Assembly (NCBI GenBank): GCA_903882905.1
Contig: CAIRYW010000004.1
Location: forward strand, 49,117 to 113,116
DNA length: 64,000 nucleotides
Direction of reading: 5' to 3'
Origin: an uncultured bacterium
Lineage (GTDB): Bacteria > Patescibacteriota > Minisyncoccia > Phycocordibacterales > CAIRYW01
The notes beneath the pieces were generated by a model. The model had not been told where the DNA came from. It did no database searches and was given only the letters and a program-made list of their open reading frames with translations. The first letter of the stretch is position 1. Each line of letters starts with the position of its first letter. A program made the translations under genes and the position numbers. Of this stretch, positions 51,734-61,268 are shown piece by piece.

Positions 51734-51793
51734 ATTTTTTTATTTGTTTTCTAATATTACTGTTCAATTATATCACATGACAATTTTTAATTT

Positions 51794-52339
51794 CTAGACT
51801 CGTTTGGAGTCCAAATATTGCTTTAACAGATGAAAAGCTTTACCTCTATGACTTAAAGAGTTTTTTTCATCTGTAGTCATTTCGGCAAATGTTTTATCAA
51901 AACCGTCTGGCATGAAAATAGGATCAAAACCAAAACCTTTTTCGCCTTTTGGAGCAACAATTTTTCCGTGTACTGCACCTTGAAAATAAATAATATTGTC
52001 TGGATTTTCTGCATACCCTATCTGAGCATAAAAAACTGCTCCGTTATTTTCTTCGGATTTTTTAACCAGATTATATACTCCGTTCAAACCTAAACTTTTT
52101 AAAAACCACTTTGCTAAAGGGCCTGGAAAACCGTTTAGAGCCATAATTTCAATTCCAACATCATCAATGACAAATGGTCCGCTATGGGATTTTAGTGCCT
52201 CTTTAATTTTGTGCTCGATAATTTTCTTTGGATCCAGTTCTTGGATTTCATCAAGATCTAATTCTAAAATATCTAATTCTGGAATAATTTTTTTTGCTTC
52301 TTCAAATTTATTTCTGTTTCCTGTTATAAAGTGGATCAT
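51794..52339 (-). CDS. rdgB: non-canonical purine NTP pyrophosphatase (dITP/XTP pyrophosphatase, Ham1/RdgB family)
   Basis: 181 aa. FITGNRNKFEEA. FGFDPIF. SHRGKA motifs. Confidence 0.85.
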   Translation of the reverse strand: MIHFITGNRNKFEEAKKIIPELDILELDLDEIQELDPKKIIEHKIKEALKSHSGPFVIDDVGIEIMALNGFPGPLAKWFLKSLGLNGVYNLVKKSEENNGAVFYAQIGYAENPDNIIYFQGAVHGKIVAPKGEKGFGFDPIFMPDGFDKTFAEMTTDEKNSLSHRGKAFHLLKQYLDSKRV

Positions 52340-52342
52340 ATT

Positions 52343-52888
52343 TTATAAAATAGCTTTTAAACACCTTGGAAGTTTATGCCAACCGCTCGAACCATTAAGG
52401 TGACCACCTTTCTTTACTATTGTTAATTCAGCACTTAACAATTTTGATAGCTCTATAGCCTCACTGAGGGGTACCAAAGGGTCATTATCACCATGAATTA
52501 TAAAAAAACTCTTCGCTTTTGACTTAATTTTTTTGAAATCAAAAGGCTTATTCAAAAATTTATTTACAAATTTATTATCTGTTTTTTTTATCGGTCCCGA
52601 GACTAGTACTACTCGTGATATTTTTTTGGTTCCTTTATAAATTTCTAAAAATCTTAAAATCGCTGGTACACCTAAGCTATGTCCAACGAGACAAATTTCA
52701 TCTTTTTGATTTTTATTGACGTGTCTAGAAATCTCATCTACCCATTCACTGCAAATAGGTTTTTTTGGTGCCGGCATAGAAAGCGCACAGCAATAGACAT
52801 CTTTTTTGTCGAGTTCACTCATTAACCAAGGTCGCCAACCTCCATTAGGAGATCCATCGAAACCATGAATTATAAAAACTTTTTTCAT
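52343..52888 (-). CDS. alpha/beta-fold serine hydrolase (YdeN/RBBP9-like)
   Basis: Likely start is the MKKVFIIHGFDGS Met at 52888 (ORF-track start 52909 would overlap the upstream GT2 gene). Nucleophile elbow GHSLG. HGDNDPLVP near the C-terminus. Confidence 0.6.
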   Translation of the reverse strand: MKKVFIIHGFDGSPNGGWRPWLMSELDKKDVYCCALSMPAPKKPICSEWVDEISRHVNKNQKDEICLVGHSLGVPAILRFLEIYKGTKKISRVVLVSGPIKKTDNKFVNKFLNKPFDFKKIKSKAKSFFIIHGDNDPLVPLSEAIELSKLLSAELTIVKKGGHLNGSSGWHKLPRCLKAIL

Positions 52889-52890
52889 TA

Positions 52891-53613
52891 TTATCTTATT
52901 ACCTTCCATTCCTTACTCATTGAACGATGTAAAAATCGTGCATACATTGCGTTACCAAACCAAGTAGCCAAAAGCATCAGCCAACCTGTTGAATGCGCTC
53001 TTCTTGAGGTATGAAGTACGTAAAGTCCAGAGTCGATTCGTGTCCTACCAATTTTTCCTAATCTTGAAAACAATTCATTATCTTCTCCTGCTGCTAGCCT
53101 TATATCAAATCCTCCAACCTTTCTAAACGCATCAGCTTTAACCATTTGAAAATCTCCTCCCGCCGCTCCAATTCCTAAAACATTATTCATCACGAAGTAG
53201 ACTGCATTGATGGTATTAAAAAATAATTTATCTCCAAGAGTTGCTTGATCTTTAAAAACTTTAAAATAAACTGACATAGCAACCATTTTTTTGCTTTTTT
53301 GAAAGTCATCTATAATTTTTAAAAAAAAGATATTTATATTGGGAATTTCAACGTCAGCATCCATGAAAACTAAATATTCTCCTTTTGCAACTTCAGCACC
53401 CATATTTCTTCCTTCACCAATAGTTTGTCTTTTGCCTGAAGTATTTTCTACAACTTTATCTGCATATTGTTTAGCAATTGAAATAGTTTTATCGGTACTT
53501 TTTCCGTCAGTAACAATTATTTCATAATCAGTTACTGTAATTTTTTTGAGTTCAGAGAGAGTCTTAGCTAAAATCTTCTCTTCGTTTAAGGTTGGAACAA
53601 TAATAGAGATCAT
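52891..53613 (-). CDS. family 2 glycosyltransferase (dolichyl-phosphate-sugar transferase-like)
   Basis: 240 aa. ISIIVPTLNEE ... EIIVTDGKSTDKT ... FMDADV (DxD) motifs. Confidence 0.8.
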   Translation of the reverse strand: MISIIVPTLNEEKILAKTLSELKKITVTDYEIIVTDGKSTDKTISIAKQYADKVVENTSGKRQTIGEGRNMGAEVAKGEYLVFMDADVEIPNINIFFLKIIDDFQKSKKMVAMSVYFKVFKDQATLGDKLFFNTINAVYFVMNNVLGIGAAGGDFQMVKADAFRKVGGFDIRLAAGEDNELFSRLGKIGRTRIDSGLYVLHTSRRAHSTGWLMLLATWFGNAMYARFLHRSMSKEWKVIR

Positions 53614-54197
53614 ATCTTAGCGTTTACCAAAAATCTGTTAACAATCTTTAGTGCAAAATAAATAAGAATAGCCAGACCAACAACGAATAGCCACTTAAAT
53701 TCATTTGCGACTAATCCATAAACATTACCAAAGAAGAATCCAACAAAAACTAAAACAAATACCCAAATAATTCCACCAACTATATTAATGAATGCGTATT
53801 TTTTAAAATTAACTTTTAGCATTCCTGCTGTTAATAAAGTAGCTAATGAAAAGCCAAATCCCATTGTTAGTTTTGAAATCCAAAGAATTAAGTCCTGATA
53901 GGCTTTAAATCTAGCTTCCACTTTTGTAATAATTTCTGGAGTTATATTAAAAAATTTTCCGTAGTTATTTATAAGTGATCTTGCTCCGAATCTTCCAACA
54001 ACGTACCACACTACATCAGCAGTGAAATCTCCAGCAACCAAGCATAGGTACATCTGAAAAAAATTAAATTGCCCTTGTTGATACAAAAAACCAGCCCCAA
54101 TCATTACGGCTGGACCTTCAAAAAAAGCACCTAGAAACAAAAGTATATATTTTGATGCCTCAAACCAGGCAACTATATTTTCGATTATTAAATGCAT
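53610..54197 (-). CDS. DedA/VTT-family membrane protein
   Basis: 195 aa. LGAFFEGPAVMIGAGFL ... AGDFTADVVWYVVGRFG matches the DedA core motif. Confidence 0.7.
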   Translation of the reverse strand: MHLIIENIVAWFEASKYILLFLGAFFEGPAVMIGAGFLYQQGQFNFFQMYLCLVAGDFTADVVWYVVGRFGARSLINNYGKFFNITPEIITKVEARFKAYQDLILWISKLTMGFGFSLATLLTAGMLKVNFKKYAFINIVGGIIWVFVLVFVGFFFGNVYGLVANEFKWLFVVGLAILIYFALKIVNRFLVNAKI

Positions 54198-54246
54198 TAA
54201 TGAGAATTATACCATGTTGAGAATTCAAGCCAAAGGTAAATGCATG

Positions 54247-54284
54247 AAAGCCCGTCCGCCTCATGGGCGGACGGGCTTTTCTCG
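54247..54284. terminator. GC-rich hairpin terminator
   Basis: AAAGCCCGTCCGCCtcatgGGCGGACGGGCTTTtctc: 14-bp stem. Downstream of the minus-strand gene ending at 54286. Confidence 0.75.
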
Positions 54285-54285
54285 T

Positions 54286-55113
54286 CTATTGAGCCGTAGA
54301 TGAAGCCGTGTTATTTTCCTTAACAGACTTGATTACTTTGACAATTGAATCAACGTCTTGTCGAGCCGTTTTAAGATCACTATTTGCTATCTTGAGTTTT
54401 GCTCTTGCATCTTTTAATGCGGCCGTGTTTGAAGCTTCCTTTGTTTTATCCCCACCATCTGGAGTTAAAGTAAGTACGTCTTGATTAATGATTTTCGCTT
54501 GGCTACTAGCATCAGCAATTTTTGCGTTTAAATCATTTAAACTATTACTTGCAGCAGTTACATTAACTCCCTTACCCTGTGCATCAGAAATTCTTGTTTG
54601 TAATTTTGCACTTAAAGTCTGCATCTCACTTGCTATTATATCAATTCTATCTGAGGCTGATAATAATGATATTTGAGGTAGGACTAGAGCATATACTCTG
54701 TAATCAGCAGTAATGGATTTGACTTCTGTTTTTAATGTAGTTGTTGAGGTATCAGAATCAATTTTTGTTTTTAATGTTGTTAGGTCAGTTAATACAGTTT
54801 GAATATTTGATATTAGGCCAGATTTTTCAGAATCAGATAATTTCTTCATTTCTTGGATTCTCGCAATAAGTTTATTCAAAGAATCAATTCTGTTTGTTAT
54901 CTCTAAATCGCCTTTGCTTTGAGTATTTTTTACTTTATTGGCTAAATTATTTACTCTGTTCTGTTCTCTGAGTTGTCTAGTTGTAGTTGTCGCTGTTCCT
55001 GCATTTACATTTACACTTGTGTTTGTCTGACCAAATGATGGAGAAACCAAAGAAAGTGAAATCACCGCTCCTCCAGCAAACGCGACAATTTTTTTATTCA
55101 TTTTATTTTTCAT
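54286..55113 (-). CDS. secreted coiled-coil protein, hypothetical
   Basis: 275 aa. Signal peptide. Long Ser/Thr/Asn/Lys-rich helical repeats. Confidence 0.5.
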   Translation of the reverse strand: MKNKMNKKIVAFAGGAVISLSLVSPSFGQTNTSVNVNAGTATTTTRQLREQNRVNNLANKVKNTQSKGDLEITNRIDSLNKLIARIQEMKKLSDSEKSGLISNIQTVLTDLTTLKTKIDSDTSTTTLKTEVKSITADYRVYALVLPQISLLSASDRIDIIASEMQTLSAKLQTRISDAQGKGVNVTAASNSLNDLNAKIADASSQAKIINQDVLTLTPDGGDKTKEASNTAALKDARAKLKIANSDLKTARQDVDSIVKVIKSVKENNTASSTAQ

Positions 55114-55168
55114 ATATTTGTTTAGTTATTTTTGTAAATTACTATAAAGCCGGAGTAGCGCTAACATT

Positions 55169-55423
55169 TTAATTTGCGTTAGCACTGTCAGTTCCTAAAT
55201 TTTGAAGCTGCGAGTCTACTGCATTAACGTCTTGGTCAATCCCAGCATTTGACGTATCAGTTGATGAACTTGAGCTTGTTTGCTGGTTCGTTTGGTCTGT
55301 TGCTTGTGTCGATGGGGTTGTGTTAGTTGAGGTTTGCAGAGTACTACTAGAGGAGCTCATAAAATACCAAATACCAAGAATAACGACTAAAATAATTACT
55401 GTAATCGCGATTGTTTTTTTCAT
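55169..55423 (-). CDS. small membrane-anchored Ser/Thr-rich protein, hypothetical
   Basis: 84 aa. N-terminal TM IAITVIILVVILGIWYF followed by an S/T/Q-rich tail. Confidence 0.35.
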   Translation of the reverse strand: MKKTIAITVIILVVILGIWYFMSSSSSTLQTSTNTTPSTQATDQTNQQTSSSSSTDTSNAGIDQDVNAVDSQLQNLGTDSANAN

Positions 55424-55515
55424 AAGTTATATATTTTATTTATAAGCAAAAAACTACCTACCTATATGTATAAATACGTTTTTATAATATTAAAGTTGCA
55501 AATTAAAACATGAAA

Positions 55516-56775
55516 TTACATCAAATCAAGTCCTAAATTTGCTTCAATCTCCATTAGACGGTTATATTTTGCCACCCTTTCACCACGAGTAAGTGATCCA
55601 GCTTTGATCATTTCGCATGAAAGCCCCACCGAAAGATCAGCTATAAAAGTATCTGTAGTTTCTCCAGACCTATGGGAAACAAAAGCAGCCCAACCTTGTT
55701 TTTTTGTTAACTCGATAGCTTCTATAGTCTCTGTTAGTGTTCCAATTTGATTCAGTTTAATTAAAACTGAGTTTACTGCTTTTGTCTCAATTGCTTTTTT
55801 TATTCTTTCTACGTTTGTAGTCAAAAGATCATCGCCGATTATTTTTATTTTTTCTCCCATTTTTTTTGTCATTTCTGCAAAACCAACAAAATCATCTTCT
55901 GATAAGCCATCTTCGATAGAAATAATTGGATAAATATTTACTAATTCCTCATACCAATTGATTAACTCGTCTGCAGTAAATTTCTTTTGCTCTCCTTTAA
56001 TTTTTAAATTGTAAAAATTATCTTTGAAAAAACTTGTTGCAGCAATGTCTAAACCGATTTTTACATCATCAGTCGAATACCCAGCTTCTTTTATTGCTAC
56101 TATCATCAATTCGATTGCTTCCTCATTACTTTGAAGAGTTGGAGCAAAACCTCCTTCATCACCAACACTAATTACACAACCTTTTTTTATTAAAATATTT
56201 TTTAAAGCTGCAATTATTTCCTCAGCAACTTCAACCTTAAGCTTAAAACTTTCAAAATTAATTGGGATTAACATGTATTCCTGTATATCGAGTCCGCTAT
56301 CTGAATGCTTACCCCCATTTATTATATTAAAACAAGGCTGCGGCAATTTTAAATTTTTATTTTCTACCAAATTTGCAAGATGCTCGTAAGTTTCAATTCC
56401 CTGTTCTTTTGCAACAGCTTTTGCAAATGATACTGAAACACCTAAAATTGCATTTGCTCCCAACCTCGATTTATTTTTTGTTCCATCAAGAGTAATTAAA
56501 AATTCATCAAGTGATTTCTGATTAAATTCTTTTCCTTGTACTTCATTACAAATCTCGACATTAACATTCTCTACAGCCTTCATAACTCCCTGACCATTAA
56601 ATCTATTAGGGTCATTGTCTCTGAGCTCATACGCCTCATGAATTCCAGTACTCTTTCCTGATGGAACTCCAAATTTTCCAACAGCATCGCTTAAAAGAAT
56701 GCATTCAACTTCAATAGTAGGAAGTCCTCGAGAATCAATAATTTCACTCGCTTTAAATAATTTAATTTTTGCCAT
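55516..56775 (-). CDS. eno: enolase (phosphopyruvate hydratase)
   Basis: 419 aa. MAKIKLFKASEIIDSRGLPTIEVE. SHRSGETTD. IKLNQIGTLTE enolase signatures. Confidence 0.95.
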   Translation of the reverse strand: MAKIKLFKASEIIDSRGLPTIEVECILLSDAVGKFGVPSGKSTGIHEAYELRDNDPNRFNGQGVMKAVENVNVEICNEVQGKEFNQKSLDEFLITLDGTKNKSRLGANAILGVSVSFAKAVAKEQGIETYEHLANLVENKNLKLPQPCFNIINGGKHSDSGLDIQEYMLIPINFESFKLKVEVAEEIIAALKNILIKKGCVISVGDEGGFAPTLQSNEEAIELMIVAIKEAGYSTDDVKIGLDIAATSFFKDNFYNLKIKGEQKKFTADELINWYEELVNIYPIISIEDGLSEDDFVGFAEMTKKMGEKIKIIGDDLLTTNVERIKKAIETKAVNSVLIKLNQIGTLTETIEAIELTKKQGWAAFVSHRSGETTDTFIADLSVGLSCEMIKAGSLTRGERVAKYNRLMEIEANLGLDLM

Positions 56776-56776
56776 T

Positions 56777-57580
56777 TTACAGAGTATTTATACTAAGAAT
56801 TCTGCCCATATGTTCTTCGGCCTCAAGTACAATACGTTCCATCATTTCAATGGTCTCTACCGGGTATTTACCAACAGCAGATTCCTCTGAAAGCATTACA
56901 GCGTCAGCTCCTTGGAGAATCGCATTTGATACGTCTGAAACATCAGCTCTGGTTGGCACTTTATTTTCTATCATTGAAGTTAGCATTTGGGTTGCAACGA
57001 TAACTGGTTTTCCTGCTGCTTTGCATTTTTTTACAATCATTGCTTGAATGAATGGAATTTTTTCAAGTGGAATCTCATTTCCTAAATCACCTCTTGCAAC
57101 CATTACAGCATCAGATACTTTAATAATTTCATCTATTAAATCAACAGCAATTTTTCTTTCAATTTTTGCAATAATTTTGGATTTTCCACCATATTTTTCA
57201 ATGATTTCTCTGCAGAGCATAATATCTTTTGCACTACCCACATAGGACACAGCAATGTATTCAACTCCTTGAGCAACACCAAACTGAACCAACTCAAAAT
57301 CTCTAGGAGTTAGAGCTGAAGTTGCAGTTATATTATATGAGTGGCTTGCTTCTCCTTGAATACGAGGTCCTGGTAAATCTTGGATTATTGGAATAGCTCT
57401 ACCTATTTTTTTTGCCACCTCTCTTATAACTCGAATTTGTTTTTGATGATATTCTAGTGTGTCCCAAGAAAAATTTAGTCTGGCAACGTCCATTTGATGA
57501 TTAGTCATATCAAAAAGGGTCGCAAACTTATGTGATGATGGACCAATTGTTGCAATAATTTGAGCTTTTGATTTTTTCAT
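56777..57580 (-). CDS. pyk: minimal pyruvate kinase (A-domain TIM barrel only; no B-domain lid or C-terminal domain)
   Basis: 267 aa. KAQIIATIGPSS ... MDVARLNFSW ... DLPGPRIQ is followed after only about 25 aa (instead of about 100) by GVEYIAVSYV ... AKIERK ... MVARGDLGNEIP ... SEESAVGKYP. The protein ends at the end of the barrel. Confidence 0.7.
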   Translation of the reverse strand: MKKSKAQIIATIGPSSHKFATLFDMTNHQMDVARLNFSWDTLEYHQKQIRVIREVAKKIGRAIPIIQDLPGPRIQGEASHSYNITATSALTPRDFELVQFGVAQGVEYIAVSYVGSAKDIMLCREIIEKYGGKSKIIAKIERKIAVDLIDEIIKVSDAVMVARGDLGNEIPLEKIPFIQAMIVKKCKAAGKPVIVATQMLTSMIENKVPTRADVSDVSNAILQGADAVMLSEESAVGKYPVETIEMMERIVLEAEEHMGRILSINTL

Positions 57581-58230
57581 GCATTTACTGATGATTCAAC
57601 TTTTTTAATTTCTTTTGAAATCATCTTTCCTTTATCATCAATATCATACAACAAAATACAACCGAAAATCATTTCAACATTTCTAATATCCTCATCAGAT
57701 ACATTTTCAATATATTTCATTAAAGCTCTAATCGCATTACCATGCGACACAACTAATACATTTTTCCCTTCAAGAACCAATGGAACAATTTTATTTATGT
57801 AGTAAGGGACAGCCCTTTCATAAACCATTTTAAGAGTTTCTCCGTTTGGCACAGGACAATTCCAATCTCGTCTGATACATTCAAATTGTTCATCACCAAC
57901 TTGTTTTTTCATTTCCCATTTGTTTTTTCCAGTAAAGTCGCCGTAATCTCTTTCGTTTAATGCAGAAGAAAACTCTACAGGAACATCTAAGTCATGTGCT
58001 TTATCCTCCATACCCAAAAGCGTCTCATACGAGCGAATTTGAGTTGATGCAAAAGCCTGATCAATACGAATACCTTTAATCAAATTCCCCATTTCTTCAG
58101 ATTTTCTGAAACCATATTCGGTCAAATGAACATCTCTGCTTCCAGTCCAAATACCAAGTTTGTTCCAATCAGATTCATGATGTCTGGCGATAATCAACTT
58201 TCCTTTTTTTGATGTCTCTGCTTCGTCCAT
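57577..58230 (-). CDS. gpmA: histidine-phosphatase-superfamily phosphoglycerate mutase-like protein
   Basis: 217 aa. LIIARHHESDWNKLGIWTGSRDVHLTEYG parallels the dPGM RHGESxWN motif. Start overlaps the pyk stop. Glycolytic gene neighbourhood. Confidence 0.7.
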   Translation of the reverse strand: MDEAETSKKGKLIIARHHESDWNKLGIWTGSRDVHLTEYGFRKSEEMGNLIKGIRIDQAFASTQIRSYETLLGMEDKAHDLDVPVEFSSALNERDYGDFTGKNKWEMKKQVGDEQFECIRRDWNCPVPNGETLKMVYERAVPYYINKIVPLVLEGKNVLVVSHGNAIRALMKYIENVSDEDIRNVEMIFGCILLYDIDDKGKMISKEIKKVESSVNA

Positions 58231-59201
58231 TAATTTACTTGATTCTTCGGCTTACCATTTTCAAAAAAATCAATAACATTTTGAGCTGCAACTTCTGCCA
58301 TCTGGTTCCTTGCTTCAACACTTGCTGAAGCAATGTGTGGCGTCAAAATAATATTTTGAAGTTTCAAAAGGCCTTTTGTAATTTTTGGTTCAAATTCAAA
58401 AACATCTAAACCTGCGCCACTAATTACTTTTATCCTAAGCGCCTTCTCTAGTGCAATTTCATCAACAATTGGTCCTCGGGAAGTATTAATAAGAAAACTT
58501 GTAGGCTTCATCATTTTCAATCTCTCTTCATTGATTAAATGTCTTGTTGAATCAAGTAAAGGAACATGGAGGCTAATTACATCTGATTGTTTTAAGATTT
58601 CATCAACTGTATTGCAATAAATTGCTCCGTACTCTTTCTCAATTTTTTCATTTCTGTTTACATCATAATAAACAATTTTGAGTCCCAAACCTTTAGAATA
58701 AAAAGCTACACGCTCACCAATACGTCCAGCACCAATGAGTCCAAGAGTTTTTCCAAGAATATCCTCGCCGATAAAATTCATAGGTTCCCAGCCCTTGTAT
58801 TTCTTTTGGCGAACAAATTCGTCTGCCTCAACAATTCTTGCGGCTAAAGCAAACATGAGCGCAATTGTATGCTCTGCAACGGCCTCTGACGTCAAGTCTC
58901 CTGGTGCATTCGTAATAATAATTCCTCTTTTTTTTGCTTCGTTTAAATCAAGATTGTCAAAACCAGTTGCATAATTTGCATATAATTTGACAGAAGGTGC
59001 TGAATCATAAACTTTTGAATCAATTTTATCTGTCAAAAGCGAAAGAACAGCATCGTAATTTTTCTTTTTTAGATATTTAATAATTTGCTTTTGGCTTAAG
59101 ACTTCATCTTTCGGATTTATATCAACACTGTATCCTTTATTTATAAGCATCTTTATTCCTATATCAGGAATTTTTCTTGTGATAAAAATATTTTTACTCA
59201 T
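58230..59201 (-). CDS. D-isomer-specific 2-hydroxyacid dehydrogenase (glycerate/phosphoglycerate dehydrogenase-like)
   Basis: 323 aa. NAD-binding GLIGAGRIGERVA. Catalytic R/E/H region (LINTSRGPIVDE...TPHIASAS). Confidence 0.8.
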   Translation of the reverse strand: MSKNIFITRKIPDIGIKMLINKGYSVDINPKDEVLSQKQIIKYLKKKNYDAVLSLLTDKIDSKVYDSAPSVKLYANYATGFDNLDLNEAKKRGIIITNAPGDLTSEAVAEHTIALMFALAARIVEADEFVRQKKYKGWEPMNFIGEDILGKTLGLIGAGRIGERVAFYSKGLGLKIVYYDVNRNEKIEKEYGAIYCNTVDEILKQSDVISLHVPLLDSTRHLINEERLKMMKPTSFLINTSRGPIVDEIALEKALRIKVISGAGLDVFEFEPKITKGLLKLQNIILTPHIASASVEARNQMAEVAAQNVIDFFENGKPKNQVN

Positions 59202-59205
59202 TTGT

Positions 59206-59595
59206 TTAATTTGTTGCAGGTGGTAATTGACACTGCGTAACTCCCGCTAATGTTTCGAGACTTTGTTCTCCTTCGTATTTTGTGCCATCGGTTGTAATCC
59301 ATGTAGGATAGCCTGTAATACCCTTATCTTCACAAAGCTTTGTATTATCAGGACATTCTACGTATGGAACATATTTAAAAGAAGCTCCAAATTCAGCTTT
59401 TTGTTTTTGGCAATGTGGACACCATACTGCTCCATACATAGTAATATTTTTTGAGGCAAGACATTGTGCAAATAAATCAAGACCAGGTCTTGTTTGGGTT
59501 CTTGAAGAAATAGCTAAATAAAAGCTGTATAAAACCGCTAGGACAACTAAAGCTAAAATTGTGTACCCAATAATGTTTTTGTTTTTTATTTTCAT
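59206..59595 (-). CDS. membrane-anchored thioredoxin-like protein (VKOR-associated Trx-domain type)
   Basis: 129 aa. N-terminal TM. MYGAVWCPHCQKQKAEFG...VPYVECP...CEDKGITGYPTW closely resembles the Trx-like domain fused to bacterial VKOR homologues (YGAYWCPHCQDQKELFG...). Confidence 0.6.
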   Translation of the reverse strand: MKIKNKNIIGYTILALVVLAVLYSFYLAISSRTQTRPGLDLFAQCLASKNITMYGAVWCPHCQKQKAEFGASFKYVPYVECPDNTKLCEDKGITGYPTWITTDGTKYEGEQSLETLAGVTQCQLPPATN

Positions 59596-59604
59596 TTTCT
59601 TTTT

Positions 59605-60108
59605 TTATTCTTTACAACAATCTACTAATTTTCCCATAATATCATCAAATGACATAGGCTTTGCATTTTCCATTTGGACTGATACTTCTGGAGCTTTGAT
59701 AATTTTAAGTCTTAAGGCAAAGAAAAGATTATAGGCTTTATAAGCAAAACCAAAAATTTCCTTTGCTTCTTCTTTTTTGTTGTCAGAATAAAGTTTTGTT
59801 CCTACTTCCATAAGACGCATGGTAGTTGCAAGAAGATGTTTTGAGATACACCAACTTTCACCTTCTGTCTTCTCAATCATTCTGCCGAGAAGAATCTTTC
59901 TCATTTCGCGTACCTCGTAGAGCATATCGTAATATTCATCCTTACCAGTTTTGTTGCCTGTAAAGAAAAAATGTTCTTCGAGACTGATTAAATTCATTAC
60001 AGCAATACTTAAATCTTCTTCAGTTGAAAGATCAACGCCTTTTTTTTCTTTTAATTCATCAATTCTCTTTTTGAGTTCTTCAAAACTCATAGGTTCTTCG
60101 TTTGCCAT
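59605..60108 (-). CDS. hypothetical cytoplasmic protein
   Basis: 167 aa, helical and charged. No motif. Confidence 0.45.
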   Translation of the reverse strand: MANEEPMSFEELKKRIDELKEKKGVDLSTEEDLSIAVMNLISLEEHFFFTGNKTGKDEYYDMLYEVREMRKILLGRMIEKTEGESWCISKHLLATTMRLMEVGTKLYSDNKKEEAKEIFGFAYKAYNLFFALRLKIIKAPEVSVQMENAKPMSFDDIMGKLVDCCKE

Positions 60109-60136
60109 ATTTTATATGAATTTAATTAAATAATAA

Positions 60137-60835
60137 TTATAAAAAGTAAATCGCAATACCAATTAATAATAAAACTGCCAGTAAAATCGTTCTAGATTTT
60201 TTTGTTTCTAGTTTTCGTATTTTTTCCATTTTCTCGAGGACTACTTGATTGATTGCAAGAATAAGCATAACTACAAGTGGCATTACAAAAATCACGTTAT
60301 AAATCACTAGATAGCCAAATCCTCGCCAAAATTGAGCTTTATCATGTAGCAAGCTTAAAACAAAAAGATATGGACCGCCTGTGCAAGGAAATTCAAAAAG
60401 CCCAACAAGAATTCCTAAGAGAAAAGAACCTGGAATAGATGCTTGATTTATAACTTTCGCCAATGTTCTATGTGCACTTGCCGGGATTTTAAGTTTAATT
60501 GGGAATGTCGGAATAAATTCATTTATTATGCCGATCACTGCATAAAGAATAAGGATACCAGCACCAATTTTGGCCATAACATTTGGGACATCAAAAATTG
60601 TAAGGACTTTCAAAAATCCAATACCAATAAAGGTGTAAACAAACGCAATACCTAAAATATAAACGCCACCTGCCGCCAAAATGAATTTTCTGTTTTTTCC
60701 AAGACTAAATAGAAAAGTTATAGTTAAAAATAATATAGAAAAAGCGCAAGGATTAAGACTATCTATAAAAGCAGCAACCGCAATAACCGGCAAAAACCAA
60801 CCCCCCGCATGCATTGTTACAAAATTTAGTATCAC
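60137..60835 (-). CDS. ccdA: CcdA/DsbD-family transmembrane thiol-disulfide electron transporter
   Basis: 232 aa, polytopic. DSLNPCAFSILFL and ...FPCTGGP... motifs (the two TM cysteines of the CcdA family). Confidence 0.75.
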   Translation of the reverse strand: MILNFVTMHAGGWFLPVIAVAAFIDSLNPCAFSILFLTITFLFSLGKNRKFILAAGGVYILGIAFVYTFIGIGFLKVLTIFDVPNVMAKIGAGILILYAVIGIINEFIPTFPIKLKIPASAHRTLAKVINQASIPGSFLLGILVGLFEFPCTGGPYLFVLSLLHDKAQFWRGFGYLVIYNVIFVMPLVVMLILAINQVVLEKMEKIRKLETKKSRTILLAVLLLIGIAIYFL

Positions 60836-60959
60836 TCTGTAATTTTAGCATAATTTAGCTTGGAGTAACTAGTCAGGTTCCAGAATCCTCTGTTAAAAGG
60901 AGCCTTAAATTTGACAGATCTATTTTTATATACTTTAATTGCTAAGAACACTTCTATTT

Positions 60960-61175
60960 ATGGTATCCGTAGCACATCTCAAGAAATACATCAAAACTTT
61001 AGGGCCTAAGGCGAAACCCAAGGAACTCATGAGGCTGGTTGAAGAACTCGGAGACGATAACGAGATTGTCATGTCAGGTATTGCTGACGAAATCCTCGGA
61101 ATCCACGCTGACGATTTTTTTCGGCGGCTCACCAAAGACCCTGAATATATCTCGATAAGTCGCGCTCTAGTTTAA
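60960..61175 (+). CDS. hypothetical small protein
   Basis: ORF-track start 60939 is a TTG. The ATG at 60960 gives MVSVAHLKKYIKTLGPKAKPKELMRLVEELGDDNEIVMSGIADEILGIHADDFFRRL.... Followed by the hairpin CGCTCT...AGAGCG plus T-run (about 61155..61190). The overlapping minus-strand ORF is S/R-rich junk. Confidence 0.4.
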   Translation: MVSVAHLKKYIKTLGPKAKPKELMRLVEELGDDNEIVMSGIADEILGIHADDFFRRLTKDPEYISISRALV

Positions 61176-61268
61176 TGACCAGAGCGATTTTTTTATTTAA
61201 AGCAGTCCCTAACTTCCATTACTAAGTGAAGGTAACTAATCATAGTCACATTCAGCTTAATTCTCGAA

